The translations under genes were made by a program, and so were the position numbers. Positions 25,051 to 38,555 of a DNA stretch of 64,000 bases are shown here, piece by piece. Under the pieces are notes generated by a model, which saw only the letters and a program-made list of their open reading frames with translations, did not search any database and had not been told where the DNA came from. Positions within the stretch are counted from its first letter, which is position 1. Each line of letters begins with the position of its first letter. This stretch comes from Trichoplax sp. H2 (Eukaryota), in NCBI GenBank assembly GCA_003344405.1, contig NOWV01000028.1, positions 310,001-374,000 of the forward strand, in the 5' to 3' direction.

Positions 25051-28000
25051 GTCTATCCATTCACATCAAAGTTCAATTAATAGGTGATACAAAATTAATA
25101 TTATGCTGTAAAACAAATTTTCCTAATCTCAATTAATTATTCCTTAAAGTCAGTTTAATACCATGGCAAACATTTATCATATTCCTGCAAAAATTGAGTA
25201 TACAACAATATTCAGCCGATCCTTTATAATTCGATGAACAAGTTACTTCCAATTTATAAAGAATATAAAACGATGGTAAAACTTGGAATATGCATTAAAA
25301 TTCGAAAATTTCATTAGATATACTCGTATTATACTACTTTAAATGGTTTTATAGAAAATCCAATGTTGCGGCCTCAACAATGATTTATAAAACATAATCG
25401 AAAGCTACATAAAATAATTAATCCAAGAAGAGAACGAATGAGATCACGAAGCACAGATCAGCCTAAACTTGATAAAAGAAAATTCTTTCTACTTGTTTCG
25501 CAATTCCCTAATGATACAATATGCAAGTCGCAGTGTAGTTAGAATTCCGCTATAGTTTTTGCCATTAAGAATAAAATTTGCTTAAAAATCGTTAAAATTG
25601 TAACAGATACCGTAATGAATATCTCTCGAATTGTGCTAACAATTATATATCATAAATATCAAATAGTGCACGTGAGATCAGATAGATTTTAATTCGTCAG
25701 ACTGTTAAATGGATCTGAAATAATAATAGCCGTTCTGATTAGAATCTGCTGTAAATTGCAGGTTGAGCATCACAGGTTTCACGGTTATGCTTCTGCCTAT
25801 TTACCTGCTAAATTTTATCAAAACAGCCTATCTTATTTGTTATAATTAATTAAAAAAACATCACTGGCAGAATAGAGAAACAAGATCTTGTAAAGGTTGT
25901 CAAATCAATGGAGATAATCCAATCGCAAATAGTATTACATAATAATGGCCAAACACGGAAAATCCAATCATCTATCGACATTAAGTAATCCATATCCTAT
26001 CCGATTTAATTTTTAAATCATGTTCCAGTTACCATCATTTATATCATGCTGCAGGATCAAACCTTAGCCACCACTTCACTTACTATTTCTTAAAGATCAA
26101 CTGAACACATTAAAAGTCACGATTAACATTGCTTAACATGAGTCAAAATATTAAAATCTAAATGGTTACCGTATCTTATTTGAAGTATAGTTATTCGATT
26201 TGCTTTAAATTTATAGTAAGTTCCCATTATACTTTATAAATTACTAACACATGAACAGAATTTTACATCATTTCTTTATGATTAGTTACATATTGCTAAT
26301 ATTGTATAATACGTAAGAGGCGTATAGGCAAGTTTAAATGAGATATCAAGGCTACATAGATAAATCGTGGTTGATGTTGTCCTCTGAAGACTAAAATAGA
26401 AATCTATTATTAACGTATCATGAACTACCGAGTAATTAATGTTCTTGTGATTTGGATTTAGATGTATATTAATAATTAATAATTAAAATTTCCGTAGCGT
26501 ATTCTGAATCATGAACAAGGAGTTTGTATTTCATGATCAGTTCGATGATATTAAAAATATTAGCAATTAATGAATTTTTGTTGAGATTAATTATCGACAT
26601 TCAATCTAAACAATTTAATCATGCGTAAATAATACGTTAAATAAGAGTCAATGGTAGAATCCTAATATTAGATTATTATAGGCTAATTAATGTCCTATCA
26701 CAGCCTATTTTAATTAATTTATATTTAAATTTCTGATTGCATTCGGAGTTATTTACTACAATGCGTACTTGTACTTCTATTTCTTTCGATCTATTAAACA
26801 GAATATAAATAAAAGTGAGCGAAATTAGCTCGTTCTTAAGAATGTCGACATTCAACAAAATAGTCTGATAATTAATGTAATAAACAATATTAATGCATTC
26901 TAAATAATTACTCATTAGCGCTATTCCTGTTTCTCCTAATGGACTAACCATAATTGAAAAGAATTCAATCAGGCGAATTTTCCGTTATGACTTAATGATC
27001 AGTGGAGATAATCTAGTAATAATAAACTATAATTTTAAGTCAGCAGCAATTTCTAGCAGAAATCTTAAATTTTTGAGGAAATTATTTGGAGTATTAGCTA
27101 AATATAAATGTAATTACAAAAGATCTAGCTAGGTGATTTAAGCATAACCGATATTGCCAAAGGCATCAAGAATAACAAAAAATAGAACATTATGCAATTG
27201 AAAATCATTCGTATTCGAATTTATGTTTTAGTGGGAATGATCACTGTTTTAATTACTAGATTTAGGACATACTTTATTATGGCCCTGAAGATTGTGTAGT
27301 TAAATTGGCGTAGTTAAACCATTATTGTAGACTGTTTAGTAATTTACTGTTTAACTAGTTATAGCAGATATTGTTACTGAATTTATAATTTATAAAATTA
27401 TTTTGAAAGAGATGAGTAATGTATCCCATTAATTTGATTAATAATTAAATTTCATCCTAATCAATATTGATCAATAATTTAATTACTATTTGCAGTAGAG
27501 TATAGTTTTGCGATTAGGATAGAAAGCGTAAATCGAAATTTATTTTCTACTTTCAAGTGATTAATATTGCATCCTATCGGAATTAGCTGATATTCAAATT
27601 TCCGTCTTACTGAATGTGATCTACATTCGTATTTATTAATTATTGGATGAAGTCTAGTAATCTACTGTATTACGATCTATGGAAAGAATATAGCCTAAAT
27701 GATAATTCACATACGATTCCGTAGAGATCAAGATCATTTCCGATTGGAATTAACTAATTTTCAAGTGTTTACGTTATTTAAGATAATCTACCTAAAAATA
27801 ATTGCATCTAGCAATAAATTGTTTTTGTGGTCCTCAAAAGATAAAATACCTAGAGGATGATTTATTGACTACTTAAAAATAGCTACTAGAATTCTTAACT
27901 TTAAATTTGTTTTATCGCCAGCACATAATATGAGAAATGAAAGTCAATGTAAATGTAATCTACTCGTATTTCCCATATCAATATAACCACTTGGATTAAA

Positions 28001-28817
28001 ATATCCATGAATTAGATGAGTTGCATGTAATATTGAGCGAAGATAGTCCATTTCTTATTAAATACCTTCTATAACTGAACGCAAACAACTACGTCTATCT
28101 TACGTCATCCAGATTGATTACCTCTAATAAACAATTGCGGGCTGTATTAATACACGTATATAGTGGCTAAAAGCATCAATCTATTTCCCAAGCAAATTGA
28201 CCGACAATAAATTAAAATGGCTGGAAATTAACTCAGATCATTGAATTGACATGGCCGATATTATTCTATTTTATTACTGCAATTGTTCAACAACTCATTG
28301 ATGTCTGATTTTTATCTATTTAAATTGATTATTATGAATCATGTCCACTTTTTACGTAATATAGTATGAATGAACAATGCAATTTATACCGATCATTTTA
28401 TTTCAATCTCAAATGCAGTAAAAGTATCCGTATTAATTACGATGATGGTTAATCAACAAATGAAGTAAATGAAATGCATCCAATTGATTGATTTAATGAG
28501 CGAATTTATTGAATTAAGTATCAATACCCAGGAGGGAGAAAAAAAGGTTCAATTTCGTCATTGAATTCGACAAAAGAAAGGCCAGTGGGAGTTGACCATA
28601 TATTAGGTCGATATTGATTTATTTTACATTTAAAAGTTTACTTTGCAAGAGCATCAAAGGCAGGAAGAATAAACTTTTCTCATTAATATTCGTCATCAAC
28701 CATGTTAAGCTTTTATTTATCGAGTTTTTAGTATATCCGGATATTAAACCCTCTTGCAGTTGATGAATTTTCAGTTTAATTCTATCTACGCGTATCAATC
28801 AAGAAATCATAGAGCAA

Positions 28818-29789
28818 ATGAATTTGACTGAATTATGCGTTAGTAAAATCTATCTGGATTGGATGCCTGTCGTTATCGAATCGATCTTGATTTTTGTTAC
28901 CAATGGACCCATCTTGCTTTTCATCATGTGTAGACGTCGTTTACGAACACGCTCCATGTGTGTTATGGCTAGTAGTGCAATATGTTCTATTATCTTTGGC
29001 TGCTTCTACCTTGTTAAAGGACTTTTGAATATGTACTGTGAATTTCATTCTAAACCCATTTTATGTACTATAATTCAAGCCCTAGAGTGGGGATTAGCAT
29101 CAATATTCGCTTTACATGTGACATTGATTAGCTTAGAACGCTATTTTGCGATAGCTTATCCATTTAAATATCAACGTTTAGCGACACCATGTCGATTAGC
29201 GTTTCTTCTGGCAATCATATGGCTCTTTCCACTTTTGATCATGAGTTTGCCCATGATATTATACGATTTCAGTCATGGCCAAATATGTTTAAATTGGAGT
29301 AATGATCCGATATTTAGTAAAATCTTTACTTATTTCTTGGTCTTGATGTTGTCCTATTTTCCGCCATTTGCAATCCTACTGACCTATTCAGGTATTATAT
29401 GTATCCTTCAACATCGCGCTAGGAGAGTTCACGCCATAGAATATGTTAATCAAGGTTTTACTCAAAGAATCGCCAAAGTCTTAATTCAAATGCTGTTAAT
29501 GACGGGCATTTATGTTACTTTGACTTCACCATTTGCCATTTTTTCCATTACAATTAGTACTGAAAACTCACCAACATTGTTAAAACTTTCCTTTTTAACT
29601 TATTTCTTAGCTATATTTTATTTAATTGTTCACCCATTCCTTTGCGCTTATTTTACTGCAAATCTTAAAGACGAAATTGGTAAACGATTTCGTACTAGCT
29701 TTGCATTTTTTAATCGTTCCACTGTCGAAATTTTACCCTCTAATTTTATCCAATCTTCGTATCATAATGCAAATTCACAAAATACGTAA
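28818..29789 (+). CDS. Rhodopsin-family GPCR, single exon, 323 aa, distinct subfamily from the left array
   Basis: 7 TM segments, TN in TM1, C3.25 (LCT), ISLERYFAIAYPFKY, TM4 Trp, ECL2 Cys, TM5 Pro/Tyr, and HPFLC followed by helix 8 (NLKDEI). Confidence 0.93.
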   Translation: MNLTELCVSKIYLDWMPVVIESILIFVTNGPILLFIMCRRRLRTRSMCVMASSAICSIIFGCFYLVKGLLNMYCEFHSKPILCTIIQALEWGLASIFALHVTLISLERYFAIAYPFKYQRLATPCRLAFLLAIIWLFPLLIMSLPMILYDFSHGQICLNWSNDPIFSKIFTYFLVLMLSYFPPFAILLTYSGIICILQHRARRVHAIEYVNQGFTQRIAKVLIQMLLMTGIYVTLTSPFAIFSITISTENSPTLLKLSFLTYFLAIFYLIVHPFLCAYFTANLKDEIGKRFRTSFAFFNRSTVEILPSNFIQSSYHNANSQNT

Positions 29790-30789
29790 CCACTAACTGT
29801 GATGGCAATTACTTTTCTGTTTATTTTTTCCCTACTATACTCTATTTACTATTATAACTATGCTAAATTATCTTTTGGGTTTTACTCGAGATAGACTGGT
29901 AACTAGACAGGATTGACGATCTATTATTCCTATATTTAATGTGAATAATGACGATAGGAAGCTCGATATCTTAAAATAATCTTTCTATCTTGTTAATAGT
30001 ATGGTAGTAACGAATCATCAATGATATCATTATGCTGTTGTACAAATTGAAAGATCACGCTAAAGTAATATTTTAATTTATGAGAAATGAATAGAAATTT
30101 AAAATGGCTGATCGTGTTCATACATAGGCCTGTAAACCAAAACTAAAGTTTTATTTTGTATTCCAATACAGTAGAAGATTATAAAAATCAGTTTCTTCAT
30201 TAACAACATCTCCTTAGACGTCTTATCCAAATTGGTCATTGATCAGTGAGAAGATTTTATAAATTTTATTACATGCTGTTTGTTAAACAAGATAGCTTAC
30301 TAGATGCGGAACTGAACTTAATGATCCTTACTAATTCTTGTTTTGATCCAAAATTATTTATGTGGAAGACTGAATAGTCAATCTTTTTCTTAGACAATTA
30401 AGGTTATTAACAAAAACTTGCGATATGATCGCTAAATCATGTTGCATCTGATACGTAATGAGTCATATCATAAATCAATAAACATATGAAAATTAAATTG
30501 GCATTAAAGAATAACAGTTATAGTTTCTATCCATATATATTATCTATAGAGTGTAAGCCAGTAGTAAAATTTATCCAAGGAGGATCGAATCTATGTCTAA
30601 TTTGCTCTTGAGGTATAATTGCATGACCTACTGCAGTTTATCCATATTCGATATTTCTCTTAAAACGATAACTTAATTGATCTGCAATAAGCTTAATTAA
30701 AATTCTTTCTACTATGTTGCATAAAATTTTATTTAAGGAACGGTTAGAATTAAAAAGATGAAACGCGAAGAGATAATAAAATATATTTC

Positions 30790-31020
30790 AAAATAGTTTA
30801 TCGCTAGTCAACGGAGAGAAATAAATCATGATGCCCTATATCTAATTCTATGCTAATGAAATTTACCTCTAAACGGTAGTTCATCTCTAGTTAACGAAGG
30901 AAATAAATCCTAAAGGCCCAAATCTAATTCTTCCCAAATACAATTTACTTCAAATAGTTAATTTATCGCTAGTTAACCAAGAGAAATAAATCACGATGAC
31001 CTGTATCTAATCCTATCCGT
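30790..31020. repeat. Tandem repeat, ~84 bp x3
   Basis: ATC(G/T)CTAGT(C/T)AAC...GAAATAAATC...ATCTAAT recurs. Confidence 0.75.
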
Positions 31021-34000
31021 ATATTTTATTTTAATATGCATTTCATCCAGTGAGATCCTAAATTATCATCTACAGCATCGATACCTTAATTCATTAAATA
31101 CCAATAGAGGAAAATTTTTAAATCTGTCTCATTGTGGTATGCAACTTTTTATGATGTAACGCAATCAACGGTAGCAAGATTACGACAGGCACTGGTGAGT
31201 ATAACTTCCCCTTTGTTAAGTCTAATCCACAAATTGATAAATGGAAATAATCTCAATAATTTAATAAGGTTGTAGAATCCAAGTTTCATCGTATTTATAA
31301 TCGCAATAATGTTGAATTTATGCATTATAATTAATGGAAATTCTTAACTACGTCAGATTACAAATTATTTTTTAACTTCTGTAGGTCTTACGCGTAAATT
31401 TGTAGATCTGACTAAGTTTTACCTCAATAAATTGAAAAATAACAGAAAAATATTGCTACTCAGTGCAATAGCACTGAGTAAGACTACTTATCGAGTCGAT
31501 AAGTAGTCTTATGATTAAAGCCAAAGGCTGAAATATTTTTAATTTCTCCATAGCCTAGCTCGAAATTGATTTGAGCTTCGAGAATGAAGCAACGGACGTA
31601 TACAAAACTGGATTCTGTGAAATGAATGATTGCTATATTGCACTCGTAATTGTTAACAAATAAATTCATTAAATTTTATCCATTATTTAGCTAATATTTC
31701 AATTTAACTATCTTTGATTAAGAACAGGGATTCAACTAAATTCATTATCTTGGACCTCTCTAAATTATTGACTTCTGTTTAAGGAATCGTATCGGTGAGC
31801 TTCTATCCTATTTTATCATCCCCCAAAACAAATGTAGACAATAGCAAATTTGCCTGTATCCAGGGATATTTTGTTTTTGATTAGTGGACCAATTTCATTA
31901 TTTTGATGTTTCCTAAGGTAAACAACGAAGTCCAAGAGATAACCTACATCTCTCAACAATGTCACGTTAGCCAATTTTTAGATGGGATAGATTGCCATTA
32001 GACCATGCTTACTATCAAAATATTTTTAGTCACCTTGTAATTTGTGGCAAGAGTATTTAAAATAGAAATGGATTGAGTCATCGTAGTTACGTCAAAGATT
32101 GCGATATTGTGGAATGAATGACTGGAAACAGTGACCATTATAATATTAGCAGTATTATCTAACGTGTAGGAAATACATGGTAAGAATTAGCAATTTCCAA
32201 CGCTATGACAGCATGTTATCGTCACTACCAGATAATATAAACAAATTAAAAATGTAATGTTACTATTCAACTACTTTATTGAGTAATCGTAACTAACCAT
32301 GATGTGCTATTTCAATTTAAAAAATACTATTTTAGCCAATAATTTAAATTAATTACAAGATCATTATGGCTAATAAATATCGACCAGATATTCTTAATTA
32401 CTGTTGCGGGATAACTTTCAATACTATTAAATTTTTATTGACCAGGAATTTTGTTTATTCTCGTTAATCATAAGTAAAGGGATGATTAGCCGTAGTCGGT
32501 CAGATTAGATGCGAAAGGTTGGATCATAGTCTATCCATTACAGCGCTCAGTTATTGTTGATAACAATATTCCTAGAGCAAGGGCGTCAATAGGAGTTGAA
32601 TAGTTGCTATCGGTTTAACATTATGAGTTTCATCTACTTCGAATGGTATTGAATTGAATTGAATTTGACATGATTCATTTTGCATCTTTCCATTTTCAAT
32701 TGGCGGCTAACCCGAGGATAATAAAATTCAGCGTCAATCGATGATTAAAGACAGTTTGAAAAGATTGCATAATTTATTTTTCCTCATTTTCTAAGATTGA
32801 TACCCATGAATCGAATTTCATCTTGAGTTTAGGAACAAACTGAAATCGTTTCCTTAGTAACTATATAAACAGCTTGAATTTTTCCAATGTTATTGCATAA
32901 TCTAAAAAAAATTCATTCATTGACAGTAAATAACGATAGCTTTGGTCATTGTCAACCTGTTCTAATTCTAGGAAAATTTAATCTCGATAATCGATATCAA
33001 CTGATTGAAATCTTCTCAATAAAGCGGAAATATCGGCTTAAAAGAATATAAATATGTACCGAAGACTAATCTTTACCATTTAAAACATTCTTAGCTATGA
33101 ATATTCTAACAACGGTTTTTGCTAGCCATAAACAAAACATTATAAAGAGCGAAGACTGCATATTTGAGGTATTGCGTAAGAAAGAATTGAAAGTGTCTAA
33201 ATTTGAAGGCCTTGTGGCTTTTCCGACCCTATTTACTAGAATAATCTGGTTGTAAAACAAACCCCAAAGTTGGTCGAGTTAAGTGCATCAAATATCTGCT
33301 AAGAATCTTATTAAAATCTTCGAAAAATCTCTTTATCTGATACTATCGATATACTGTAATATTCTACTCAGTAAATATCCATAATATGCACCTCCAATGC
33401 AAATTATGAATTTAAGATTAAACATTATATTATTCAAAGAAAAATATTCTTTACTAAAGCTTCATTACATGAGAGCCGCTTTGCATGAGCTACATACAAT
33501 GCAAGTGTTCATCGTCAACAAGAGCTTTGATCCTTCCTTAGTTCTTTTGAGCATAGTAACTGCTATGATAGAGGTATTTCTAGAAGTTACAATGACCATT
33601 AGTGGAAGATTTTACACCATAGCATTGTGTTAAGAAAAAATTAGTGCATTCTGAAATATCCTATAGCATAATAATATTTATATCATCATTTTCATTTCCA
33701 ATGTAGCAAATGAATTTAACCTATAATATCTTATAAGGCTTAAATAACATCAAATCTATCTTCTATAAGCTCGTCATGATGCTAGATCACCATCAAAGTT
33801 TGCTTTATTACACTGATTGTTAAATAGTTGATCATTAGGCTTTCAGGCCAGTTCAACGGCAGCCTTTGCATTCTTAAATTTTTTAGGTTATATACGGTAG
33901 CTAATGTATAACTTTAGAGATATGAAATGAGTTACCGTATGTTTGTTGTATCAGAGCGTATACTTATGATTCTATAAATGATTGAATAAGGCGCCCTAAA

Positions 34001-34774
34001 GTAATGAGTAGTCTTTGCAATTTCGATATATGAAATGCATCATCCTCGTACTACGTGTGACTATAATTTTATTGATTATTTACACCAGTAACGGAGCATT
34101 AGAATATCGAAGCTTACAGTAATATATAAAGTACACAATAAAGCGAGCTTGATGTTTCATCGCTTACGATTAAGAAGTTAGATGTTTAAAATTGTGTCTG
34201 CTATGTAACTTGAGTGAAAATGCTTTTAGTTGTCACGGAGGGCCAACCTTGATAAGTACGATAGTTTTCAAGATCGAGGAATACCAACATATTTCTACCG
34301 GTAATTTGGTCACAGAATTTTATATTATGGCCAATCATACGAATTAACCAAACCTGCCGATAGCTTATACATATTGGCACGATACCTATTGGTGACAGAC
34401 CTATAAGGTGTAAGTTGTAGTCGTTAAGACTCAAGAACATGATCCATTCTCAGTTCTTTCGCGTACGATAACTCTATTATAGCGATATGGCTATATAACT
34501 ACTGTACAATCATTCATTACGATAGATGGAATTACAATTTCACTTCAAAGCTGCTAATGGATTCAAGATGAACAATTTTTATTATAAATACCCTGATAAA
34601 AGATTTAAATAATATGTAAGTTACTTCCTATGAGTGACTACGTTAGCTTCATAAAATACTGTATCTAATAAGCCTCCAATAATGATGAACCTGCCTAGAT
34701 CGCGATATATAGTTCAGGAGAGGATGGTGATTGAGAAAAATATCTAAACTAAAAACGGTCTCTAAACGCAATAT

Positions 34775-35260
34775 GTTCAATAACCCTTCTAACATAAGGG
34801 GATGAAAGTATTTAATTATCCTATCTTATTCAAAAGTAAATCAATCCGCGCAAAATAACAGCCCAAGTTTCGATTAAGTTTTATGTATATATAGTGCAGT
34901 CCCAAATATAGCTTAGATTATCACAGCATAATGTGTTTTATAACCCTTTTAGCGTAATGGAATGAAAAGGTATTCAATCTAATCTAAAAGTAATCTAATT
35001 CTGATCAGATATAAGCGCAAGTCTAGAATAAGTTTTATACATAATTTACTCAATAGCCCCTCTAACATAAGGGAATGAAAAGTACTCAATCTAACCTAAA
35101 AGTAATCTAATTCTCGCAGAATAATAGTTCAAGTCTAGATTAAGTTTTATACGTAATTTATTCGATAATCCTTCTAATATTAGGGAATAAAAGTATTCAA
35201 TCTAGTGGAAAAGGAATTTAATTCTTATAAAATAATAACAAAGTCTAGATTAAATTTTAG
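34775..35260. repeat. Tandem repeat, ~112 bp x4 (first copy separated by a short insert)
   Basis: CCTTCTAACATAAGGG.ATGAAAAGTA.TCAATCTAA...AAGTCTAGATTAAGTTTTAT recurs. Confidence 0.8.
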
Positions 35261-36056
35261 AAAGGACCTTGATTACCGTACTTTAGAATACTGATAGTTA
35301 AATAATTAATTAACCTTGCGTGTACTATCAACGAGGATCCAAAGTGTTCTAAACCCAAAAGAATCACAGGCTCTTTTCTGTAGTTCCGAAATATATTTTA
35401 TTAAGGTCTATTTACACAATCAATTCACCTATAATCACACCTGAATCATCAATAGCATCCTGACCCTTTCCTTAGATAATTAATCAGTATATCTTAACGT
35501 AAGAATCTATCCACTCGAGACTTTAATATTCTATCATTCATGTCCATTACAGTATAGTATTCACATGATAAAGAACTAACGATGATTATAATCACATAGT
35601 AGAACCAAGAAAATGAAACTCGACGATCGCTTTCCTTAATCATGATCTGGTATCAGCTTCATACTGTGTATGAGTAAAGTTGAAGCTGTGATGAAATACT
35701 AAATTGATTCCTTGACAGAATGAGCATAACTTGATGACAAGGTGCTAAGCAAAGGAGATGAGATTAAAATTGATTGTATGCCATTATCGTAGAGTATTTG
35801 GGTGATATCATCCGATTTCTATAACACACTATATCTGTAGTACGTATACTGGAGTTACTACCAAAGAAATAAAAGGACATAATCAAGCAATATGGATTAC
35901 TATTTTGTAATATTAAAGCCATAACTCTATAATGGGTGTTATAATCTTTAGCACTTTACGCCTTAAAATGTTGAAAAATAGATTTGAAATCGCCACTTTT
36001 TGAACTTATTATCTTCGTCAAGGCAATTTCCACTTCCAGCCCTGCCAATTAGAATG

Positions 36057-37880
36057 CTAATTAGTAGAAGCCAATAACTCCTTGCATATTTTACATTGAG
36101 TTAAATTTAGGGCAATTAAACGATCAGGACCAAATTCGACAGCAGGATCTGCTCCTATACTTAATAAACATTGAATCCAGTGCGGGTTATTACTTTCAGC
36201 AGCCATATGCAGCAAAGTCTTGCCTTCGACAGTACGGACTTTATTGACGGCTATGGCATCACTTTTGGCATCAATAATTGCTTGCAAGTAGCATGTCGTA
36301 ACTTGATTATAGCGATTTTGTAATTGTAAATCATTCCATATTGGTCGGCAGCGAGTAAAGACAACATAACTGAAAAGTGAATCATAATTTCCTTGGATAG
36401 TATCGGATCCATTGGCACTAACAATGACTTGGATCAGATGATAAAAGGGTAAATTTTGGGCGATGTTTTCAGCACAAAATGGCCGATAATTTAGCATAGT
36501 AAATAAGGAAATCATACTTTCTACATCTTCAAAGTCATACATGGTTGATTTATACCGCTTTAGATAAGGTAATACTCTAATTATTTCTTCTAGTTGATTG
36601 CGATGATAAGGTGCACCATATTGTAGTAACTGAATCGGGATGATATTGAGAGAAAGTCGAAGTATTTCTTGCAATTGAATAAACAAGCTATTTTCCACTT
36701 GATCTGATAATGGAGGATGAAGAGATTCAATAGATTGTAAGCATTGGATATCTCCATCGACGATTGCTTGGATCATTGCTTCTTCCAACATATGATAAAA
36801 AGGTTCTGGATATTGTTGCAAGACGGTAATACATCGATTATTACGATAAGCTGTACAAGGACTATTATGCTTAATTGGATTCTCGCTATCCACATCAGTA
36901 ACGTTTCCATGATCAGCGCAAATCATGTAGCTAATAGTTTTACCAATGTCGTAGATTCCTTTCCAGAAATCAATACGACTACTTCGTGACATTAAATACT
37001 CAAAAGTGCTCTTATTATCTAGCAATAAAGTAAAAAATAAAGATGAAATTTTGTAGACCTCATCCATACTTTGAGTGCTTTGCTCTTTTAACAACAATTG
37101 AACTTTAGATGATTTATTCTTGATAGCAGCCTCAATGATATCGGGTAAATTACATTGGCTCAAATAAGTAACTAGTAAAGATGGACTACCATATTTATAA
37201 ATTTTGAGTAGAAAAATAACAAATCTTTCTTCAATCCAATAAGCTGGTCCTCGGCGTATCCATTGGAAAACACAAGGACCACATAATCGACAACCGTCGT
37301 CGAGTAGCATACGAATAAAATGGTAATGGCCATTATCAGCAGCAACAATAATTGGTAAAATAGTGTGGCTATAGTGACTTTGAAATCGTTTCTTGATCGA
37401 TTGTTGATCTAGCGAAGACGCCATTAATTGTAAGACATTTCTACCTAAAACTTCTAGACCAAATCGTGCAGCGTAGGAAAGAATAATATCGAAATAATGA
37501 ACAACATCACCATGGCGATCGCGGCGTATTCGACTAGCATAGTAAGAATAATTAAACTTAGGCTTTTCTTTCATACATGTTTTGACCGTTGAATGTAAAT
37601 TACCAATATGGCAGTGGTCTACAATCATTTTTCTAGGGCCAAGATAAATTCGTTTATAAAATTGACGATAATTTTCCTTTGATTGCAGCCTTGCTGCCGT
37701 TGTTAATTCTTGACTAACGATTAATTTCCATAATAAATTACTTTTACTATCGTTTTTATCGTCGCCATCATGAATAACGCTATTATAGTAATGGCAAACG
37801 GTTGATATCGTGGCTAATTCCCAACCTTTTAAATAGCCAAATATTCTGGCTAGGAGATCTTTAGGTAAAATTTCACTCAT
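36057..37880 (-). CDS. F-box and ankyrin-repeat protein, intronless, ~607 aa (ATG at 37880; the ORF track starts at an upstream TTG)
   Basis: N-terminal F-box (LPKDLLARIFGYLKGWELATISTVCHYY...LWK). Ankyrin repeats: ILSYAARFG, PIIVAADNGHYHFIRMLLDDG and C-terminal EGKTLLHMAAESNNPHWIQCLLSIGADP. Confidence 0.88.
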   Translation of the reverse strand: MSEILPKDLLARIFGYLKGWELATISTVCHYYNSVIHDGDDKNDSKSNLLWKLIVSQELTTAARLQSKENYRQFYKRIYLGPRKMIVDHCHIGNLHSTVKTCMKEKPKFNYSYYASRIRRDRHGDVVHYFDIILSYAARFGLEVLGRNVLQLMASSLDQQSIKKRFQSHYSHTILPIIVAADNGHYHFIRMLLDDGCRLCGPCVFQWIRRGPAYWIEERFVIFLLKIYKYGSPSLLVTYLSQCNLPDIIEAAIKNKSSKVQLLLKEQSTQSMDEVYKISSLFFTLLLDNKSTFEYLMSRSSRIDFWKGIYDIGKTISYMICADHGNVTDVDSENPIKHNSPCTAYRNNRCITVLQQYPEPFYHMLEEAMIQAIVDGDIQCLQSIESLHPPLSDQVENSLFIQLQEILRLSLNIIPIQLLQYGAPYHRNQLEEIIRVLPYLKRYKSTMYDFEDVESMISLFTMLNYRPFCAENIAQNLPFYHLIQVIVSANGSDTIQGNYDSLFSYVVFTRCRPIWNDLQLQNRYNQVTTCYLQAIIDAKSDAIAVNKVRTVEGKTLLHMAAESNNPHWIQCLLSIGADPAVEFGPDRLIALNLTQCKICKELLASTN

Positions 37881-38179
37881 AGTCGCCAATTAACCTGATT
37901 ATATGGTAGAATAGAAGGAAGATCTGGAATGATTTCTGGTTTTATTGACTTTGGATAACAATAGTTTGGGAGGAAAGTTTCTTCTCTTATTGTTACCTTA
38001 TAAATAATTCATTGTCATGACTGTCAGAAGAACTGATCTTTAAGTAAAGAAGGAATAGTTTTTCATTTCAATGCGACGAAAGGCCATTGATTTTATTCGA
38101 ATGCTCCGATGGAATTACGCCTGAGTTATAGATTTAAAGCTACATGCAGACGAAAGAGTTTTGAATTCAATTCATCTTT

Positions 38180-38555
38180 ATTCTAATGCCATTCTCTCTA
38201 TTAAGCTGAAAGATATTCGAAAAGTAAAATCAGTGTTGCTGTACGATGGAAATAGCCTAAATGATTTAATCCGACTTTACTCTAATATCGTTCACTCCAT
38301 TAAATTGAAAGATACTCGAGTAGCAAAATCACTGCTATGATGCCGATAGCCTAAATTATTTAATCCAACTTTACTTCAATATTACTCATTTTCATTAAAT
38401 TGAAAGCTACTCAAATGGTAAAAATCAGTAATATAATGGAAACAGCGAAAATGATTTAATCCAACTTTACTCTAATATCATTCTCTCTATTAAATTGAAA
38501 GATACTCGTATAGCATAATCAGTATTACGATGGAAATAGGCAGAATGATTTAGTC
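38180..38555. repeat. Tandem repeat, ~95 bp x4, upstream of the F-box gene
   Basis: CTAATATC.TTC.CTC.ATTAAATTGAAAGATACTCG...ATGATTTAATCC.ACTTTAC recurs. Confidence 0.85.
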
